The notes under the pieces were generated by a model. That model saw nothing but the letters and a program-made list of their open reading frames with translations, was not told the origin of the DNA and made no database searches. Below are positions 16,071 to 19,824 of a DNA stretch of 19,824 nt, in pieces. Numbering within the stretch: position 1 is the first letter of the stretch; every line of letters begins with the position of its first letter. This DNA is from a virus (lineage: Duplodnaviria > Heunggongvirae > Uroviricota > Caudoviricetes): the IMG/VR virus record IMGVR_UViG_2585427788_000002. One strand, 5' to 3'. The translations under genes were made by a program, and so were the position numbers.

Positions 16071-17033
16071 GTGAGTTCAGGTGCAAAGGTTATCTCGGCA
16101 TTTATCCGGGAGACGGTTGCAGGCACTACGCCAGCAAGTGGTGACTGGAGTTTATTAAAACGCACAAGCTGGGGAGTAAAACCCACCCAGAATAAAGGCG
16201 AAAATAATGAGATTGGTGGCTCCCGGATGGCTCAGGGGGCGACGCCTGGCACTGTGGATGTCGGCGGTGATGTTGGTACCAAATTTCGCTGGGGTCAACA
16301 TGATGATTTTCTTGCATCCTGTTTCGGCGCGGAATGGTCAGGCGATTCTCTGACAATGGGGAATGAGCGAATAACATTTTCTCTGGCGACCTATGCGTCC
16401 GATGTCGGAATTGCCTCTGTCGTCAGAGGAGCGCAGGTTGGCTCATGGAAAATGCAGATCCCTAACGACGGCGATATTACAGCGACCGTAACCTTTGCCG
16501 GACTGGACTGGGAATCAAAGGCCGATGATACGAATTTTATCAAAGGCGAACCTGTGGATAGTGCAGGAAAGCTACGTTATTCGTTTAAGGAGGTTTCAGC
16601 AGTAAGCCTGAATGGTGTTGCCGGAGGTAACGGTTTTTGTATCGACAGTTTTGATATTCAGTTCGATAACAAACTCCAGACACAGCGTTGTATCGGGACT
16701 GGCTCGCCTTATGCAGGAGCAAATATTCCGACTACTTTTACACCGTCCGGTACGGTGACGCTTTCATGGTCTAAAGCCGCGTGGGAAATCTGGAGTAAAA
16801 CACTGACTGGAGAAACAGTTCCGTTCAGCTTCACGCTTTCGAATGGAGAGGGGGCATACACTTTCAGTTTCCTGAAGGTTCAGGTGTCAGGTGAATGGCC
16901 TGATGGGGGTAATAGCGACATTATCCAGGTTCAATTGAGCATTACCGCAGCAGATGAAGCACCTACGATAACCAGAAAAAAAAATTCCCCGGCTGCCGTG
17001 ATCGCAAAAGCCAGTGCTGAGGCGATTAGTTGA
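16071..17033 (+). CDS. Major tail (tail tube) protein
   Basis: 320-aa Gly/Thr/Ser-rich protein with RBS AGGAGG upstream, sitting between the tail terminator and the G/T chaperone pair. Confidence 0.7.
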   Translation: MSSGAKVISAFIRETVAGTTPASGDWSLLKRTSWGVKPTQNKGENNEIGGSRMAQGATPGTVDVGGDVGTKFRWGQHDDFLASCFGAEWSGDSLTMGNERITFSLATYASDVGIASVVRGAQVGSWKMQIPNDGDITATVTFAGLDWESKADDTNFIKGEPVDSAGKLRYSFKEVSAVSLNGVAGGNGFCIDSFDIQFDNKLQTQRCIGTGSPYAGANIPTTFTPSGTVTLSWSKAAWEIWSKTLTGETVPFSFTLSNGEGAYTFSFLKVQVSGEWPDGGNSDIIQVQLSITAADEAPTITRKKNSPAAVIAKASAEAIS

Positions 17034-17081
17034 TTTTCCGTTAATCCTCCTGTGGTACTGCCCTACAGGGGGACGCATTGA

Positions 17082-17543
17082 ATGAGGTTATGGATGTTTA
17101 TTCTTAATCAGAAAATTATCATTGGTGGAGAACGCTGGTTTACGCCAATGAAGGACTTAAAACCTGTAGACGGGTTAAAACTGTTGGTGGCAAGCAGCGA
17201 TAACGATCAGTATCGCTCCCGTAATGCATTAATCCGTCGCCACATTGAGAAAATGGATGCCAGTTTGCACGTCGGAACGAAGGAGTTTGATATTTCAAAG
17301 GTTTCCGAGGTGGATTCTGTTGATGATTTACTCATTGATAATGCCGCTCGTTATCTGCTGAAAGACTGGAAAGGGGTTGGTGAACTGGTTAATGGTGTTG
17401 AGGTTGCACTGGAATATACGGCAGAACGAGGGATCGCGCTGCTTAAGCAGAATCCAGAGTTGTACTGGCAGATCCTTGCAGAAGCAGCCAGCATCGCCCA
17501 GGGTAAAGAGCAGCAGAAGCAGGATACGATAAAAAAGCCATAG
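17082..17543 (+). CDS. Tail assembly chaperone (lambda gpG-like); start may be 17148
   Basis: Position before the tape-measure gene; ends two codons after an A_AAA_AAG slippery site; the -1 frame is open from 17507 into the downstream T-like ORF. Confidence 0.7.
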   Translation: MRLWMFILNQKIIIGGERWFTPMKDLKPVDGLKLLVASSDNDQYRSRNALIRRHIEKMDASLHVGTKEFDISKVSEVDSVDDLLIDNAARYLLKDWKGVGELVNGVEVALEYTAERGIALLKQNPELYWQILAEAASIAQGKEQQKQDTIKKP

Positions 17544-17851
17544 CTGCCCAGCGGTGGTTATCGGAGTTCGGGGGAGAAAGGGGGGAAAAGGCAAGATGGA
17601 AGCGAGAAAAACTCAGGTTGCCACCGATACCGGAACCAGAAATAGACCCGGTGCTTAAGGAGTTGTTGTACGCCTATTCGGTAATATCCCGTGCCCGACG
17701 TTATGCTGGAATGGCTGGGGTGCCTTTGCCTTTATCTCTGACAGAGATAAATGAATATTTAGCCACTCATCCGGTATTGATTGAGCGCGATGAATTTGAA
17801 GCAGTGATCTTTGCACTGGATGACCAGTATTTTCAGGAGCAGTGTGTGTAG
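17082..17851 (+). CDS. Tail assembly chaperone frameshift product (gpG-T-like fusion), via -1 slip at 17531-17537
   Basis: Downstream ORF (to 17851) is in the -1 frame relative to G and has no upstream stop until 17504-17506. Predicted junction ...QDTIKK/AIAAQRWLSEFGGERGEKARWKREKLRLPPIPEPEID...QCV. Confidence 0.6.
17531..17537 (+). other. Programmed -1 ribosomal frameshift site A_AAA_AAG (tail chaperone G to G-T)
   Basis: Heptamer in the G zero frame (ATA AAA AAG), 2 codons before the G stop TAG at 17541-17543. Confidence 0.65.
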
Positions 17852-17971
17852 TTGTTAATTACGTACACTCTGTTACAGAGATGTGATGGTGTCTTTAATT
17901 AAATCGATGATGCTCCTGGAGAAAAGCATTGCGTGGCCTCGTAATCGCTATATCTACTATTATGTCGCCTG

Positions 17972-17996
17972 AAACCCACTTCGCGGTGGGTTTTTT
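17972..17996 (+). terminator. Terminator-like hairpin immediately upstream of the tape-measure gene
   Basis: 8-bp perfect stem AAACCCAC/GTGGGTTT with TTCGCG loop, running into TTTTTTGTT; A-tract on one side and T-tract on the other suggest possible bidirectional activity. Confidence 0.45.
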
Positions 17997-18016
17997 GTTG
18001 TCAGGAGTTTTAATAA

Positions 18017-19516
18017 ATGGCAGAGCAAACCTCGCGTCTCGCAATAATTATTGATAGCACTGGAGCGAAAAATAATGCTGACAATCTGACCTCCTCATTA
18101 GTCAAAATGACGCAGGCTGGGGAAACTGCTGCAAATAGCGCAGGGAAAGTGACTAAGGCAACAGAAGATGAGAAGAACGCGCTCGCAAAATTAAAAGCAG
18201 CTATTGATCCAGTTGGTGCCGCAATTGATACTGTCGGTCGACGCTATTCTGAATTAAAGAAATTTTTCGATAAAGGGCTTATTGATAAAGAAGAATATGA
18301 ATTTCTTGTCCGTAAACTTAATGAAACCACAGAGGAATTGAGCGGGGTTGCGCAAGCGCAGAGAGAAGCCGAGAAGGCCGGAAAACTTGCTGCCGCCCAG
18401 CAGGAAGCGCAGGCTCAGGCCTTTCAAAGAATGCTGGACAAGATCGACCCTCTGGCTGCGGCGCTAAGAAATCTTGAACAACAGCATGATGAACTTAATG
18501 CTGCGTTTGCATCCGGGAAAATAAATGGTTCTCAGTTTGAGAATTATAGCCGAAAAATACAGGAAACACGGCGAGAGCTTACCGGAGAGGCTCAGGCAGA
18601 GCGAGAAGCAGCAAAAGCGCATGATGAACAGGTTGTTGCTTTGCAACGTCTGATTGCTCAACTTGATCCTGTCGGAACTGCTTTTAATCGTCTGGTAGAA
18701 CAACAGAAACAGCTCAATGAAGCAAAAGCTAAGGGGATGCTTTCTCCTGAAATGTATGAGGAGCTTTCTGGAAAACTTCGTGCTATGCGGAGTGAGCTTG
18801 AGGTTACTCAATCACAATTAAGCAAAACCGGAATGTCGGCAAAACAAACGGCTTTTGCTATGCGCATGTTGCCTGCACAAATGACGGATATTGTTGTTGG
18901 GTTGTCCACTGGTCAGTCGCCATTTATGGTGTTAATGCAGCAGGGCGGCCAGCTAAAAGATATGTTCGGTGGGATTGGCCCGGCGATCAAAGGTGTAGGT
19001 TCTTATGTGCTGGGATTAATTAATCCTTTTACCCTGGCCGCAGCAGCCGTTGGGGTCTTAGGACTGGCTTACTATAAAGGCTCTCAGGAGCAGGACGAAT
19101 TTAATAAATCTCTTATTCTTACCGGAAATCAGTTGGGGACAACCAGCGGGCAATTGGGCGATATAGCTCAACGTGCCGGGAATGCGGCTGATTCGACAAC
19201 TGGTGCTGCGGCGGCAGTATTAAATCAGCTTGTGCGTTCGGGAAAGGTAGCGAGCAGTTCGCTGGAGCAAGTGACGACAGCGATAGTAAAAACGAGCGAA
19301 GTAACAGGAATATCAACCGAACAACTGGTTAATGACTTCAATGAAATTGCAAAGGATCCTGTCAGTGCCATATCAAAACTTAATGATCAGTACCATTTTC
19401 TGACACTTGCGACTTATAACCAGATTAAGGCGCTACAGGATGAAGGGAACCAGCAGGAGGCCGCCCGCATTGCGACAGAAGAATACTCATCCTCGGTGAT
19501 GCTGCCAACTTACTGA
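18017..19516 (+). CDS. Tail tape measure protein (lambda H family), 3'-truncated by IS1 insertion at 19495
   Basis: Region [38 protein letters not shown]...[13 protein letters not shown] matches the conserved lambda gpH segment (from memory). The last 6 codons plus stop (VMLPTY*) are encoded by the IS1 terminal inverted repeat. Confidence 0.85.
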
Positions 19517-19824
19517 TTTAGTGTATGATGGTGTTTTTGAGGTGCTCCAGTGGCTTCTGTTTCTATCAGCTGTCCCTCCTGTTCAGCTACTGACGGGGTG
19601 GTGCGTAACGGCAAAAGCACCGCCGGACATCAGCGCTATCTCTGCTCTCACTGCCGTAAAACATGGCAACTGCAGTTCACTTACACCGCTTCTCAACCCG
19701 GTACGCACCAGAAAATCATTGATATGGCCATGAATGGCGTTGGATGCCGGGCAACTGCCCGCATTATGGGCGTTGGCCTCAACACGATTTTACGTCACTT
19801 AAAAAACTCAGGCCGCAGTCGGTA
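19495..19824 (+). mobile_element. IS1 insertion sequence, left end and insA; continues beyond the window
   Basis: Starts with the IS1 terminal inverted repeat GGTGATGCTGCCAACTTACTGAT at 19495; insA reading frame follows. The 9 bp before it (19486-19494, CTCATCCTC) would be the target-site duplication if the other end is intact. Confidence 0.9.
19550..19824 (+). CDS. insA: IS1 InsA (transposase N-terminal protein / repressor), stop codon cut by the window end
   Basis: GTG start at 19550; translation [91 protein letters not shown] is IS1 InsA. The longer ORF at 19521-19733 in the track is in the wrong frame. Confidence 0.85.

Noticed and set aside
17049-17069. Hairpin CCTGTGG...CCTACAGG after the major tail gene
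   Set aside because: Imperfect stem with no downstream U-tract (followed by GGGACGCATTG); not convincing as a terminator.
19521-19733. 70-aa ORF from the track at the IS1 left end
   Set aside because: It is in the wrong frame; the genuine IS1 gene here is insA starting at GTG 19550 in another frame.
1-19824. Search for tRNA, rRNA or CRISPR arrays and for an integrase or att site
   Set aside because: No cloverleaf-like conserved tRNA motifs, no regularly spaced direct repeats with unique spacers, and no integrase-like ORF were seen; the window appears to be entirely internal to the prophage late region.

Overview
The window reads as the late (lysis, packaging, head, tail) region of a Rac-type lambdoid prophage from an Escherichia/Shigella-like genome, with every credible gene on the + strand. 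It is bounded by two unrelated insertion sequences: a 5'-truncated IS2 on the left and an IS1 on the right that cuts into the tail tape-measure gene. Order, left to right: IS2 (1-1253); two tandem lipoprotein genes (1217-2221) whose C-terminal domains resemble TolA domain III; a terminator hairpin; a phage-21-type lysis cassette (dual-start pinholin, SAR endolysin, Rz with embedded Rz1); a very AT-rich trkG potassium-transporter moron with its own terminator; a ParB-like nuclease-domain gene translationally coupled to an unrecognised DxD-motif gene; small and large terminase, portal, head-morphogenesis, scaffold and major capsid genes; a connector gene broken by a frameshift; neck and tail-tube genes; a G/G-T chaperone pair with an A_AAA_AAG -1 slippery site; and a tape-measure gene with internal repeats, truncated by IS1 at 19495. 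No rRNA, tRNA or CRISPR array was seen. Product calls come from reading the translations against remembered protein families; no database search was possible. The most unusual content is the TolA-III-like lipoprotein pair, followed by the ParB-like/DxD pair and a TGCGCA repeat cluster inside the small terminase gene. With IS2, IS1 and the connector frameshift, this looks like a decaying prophage that retains cargo and lysis genes.
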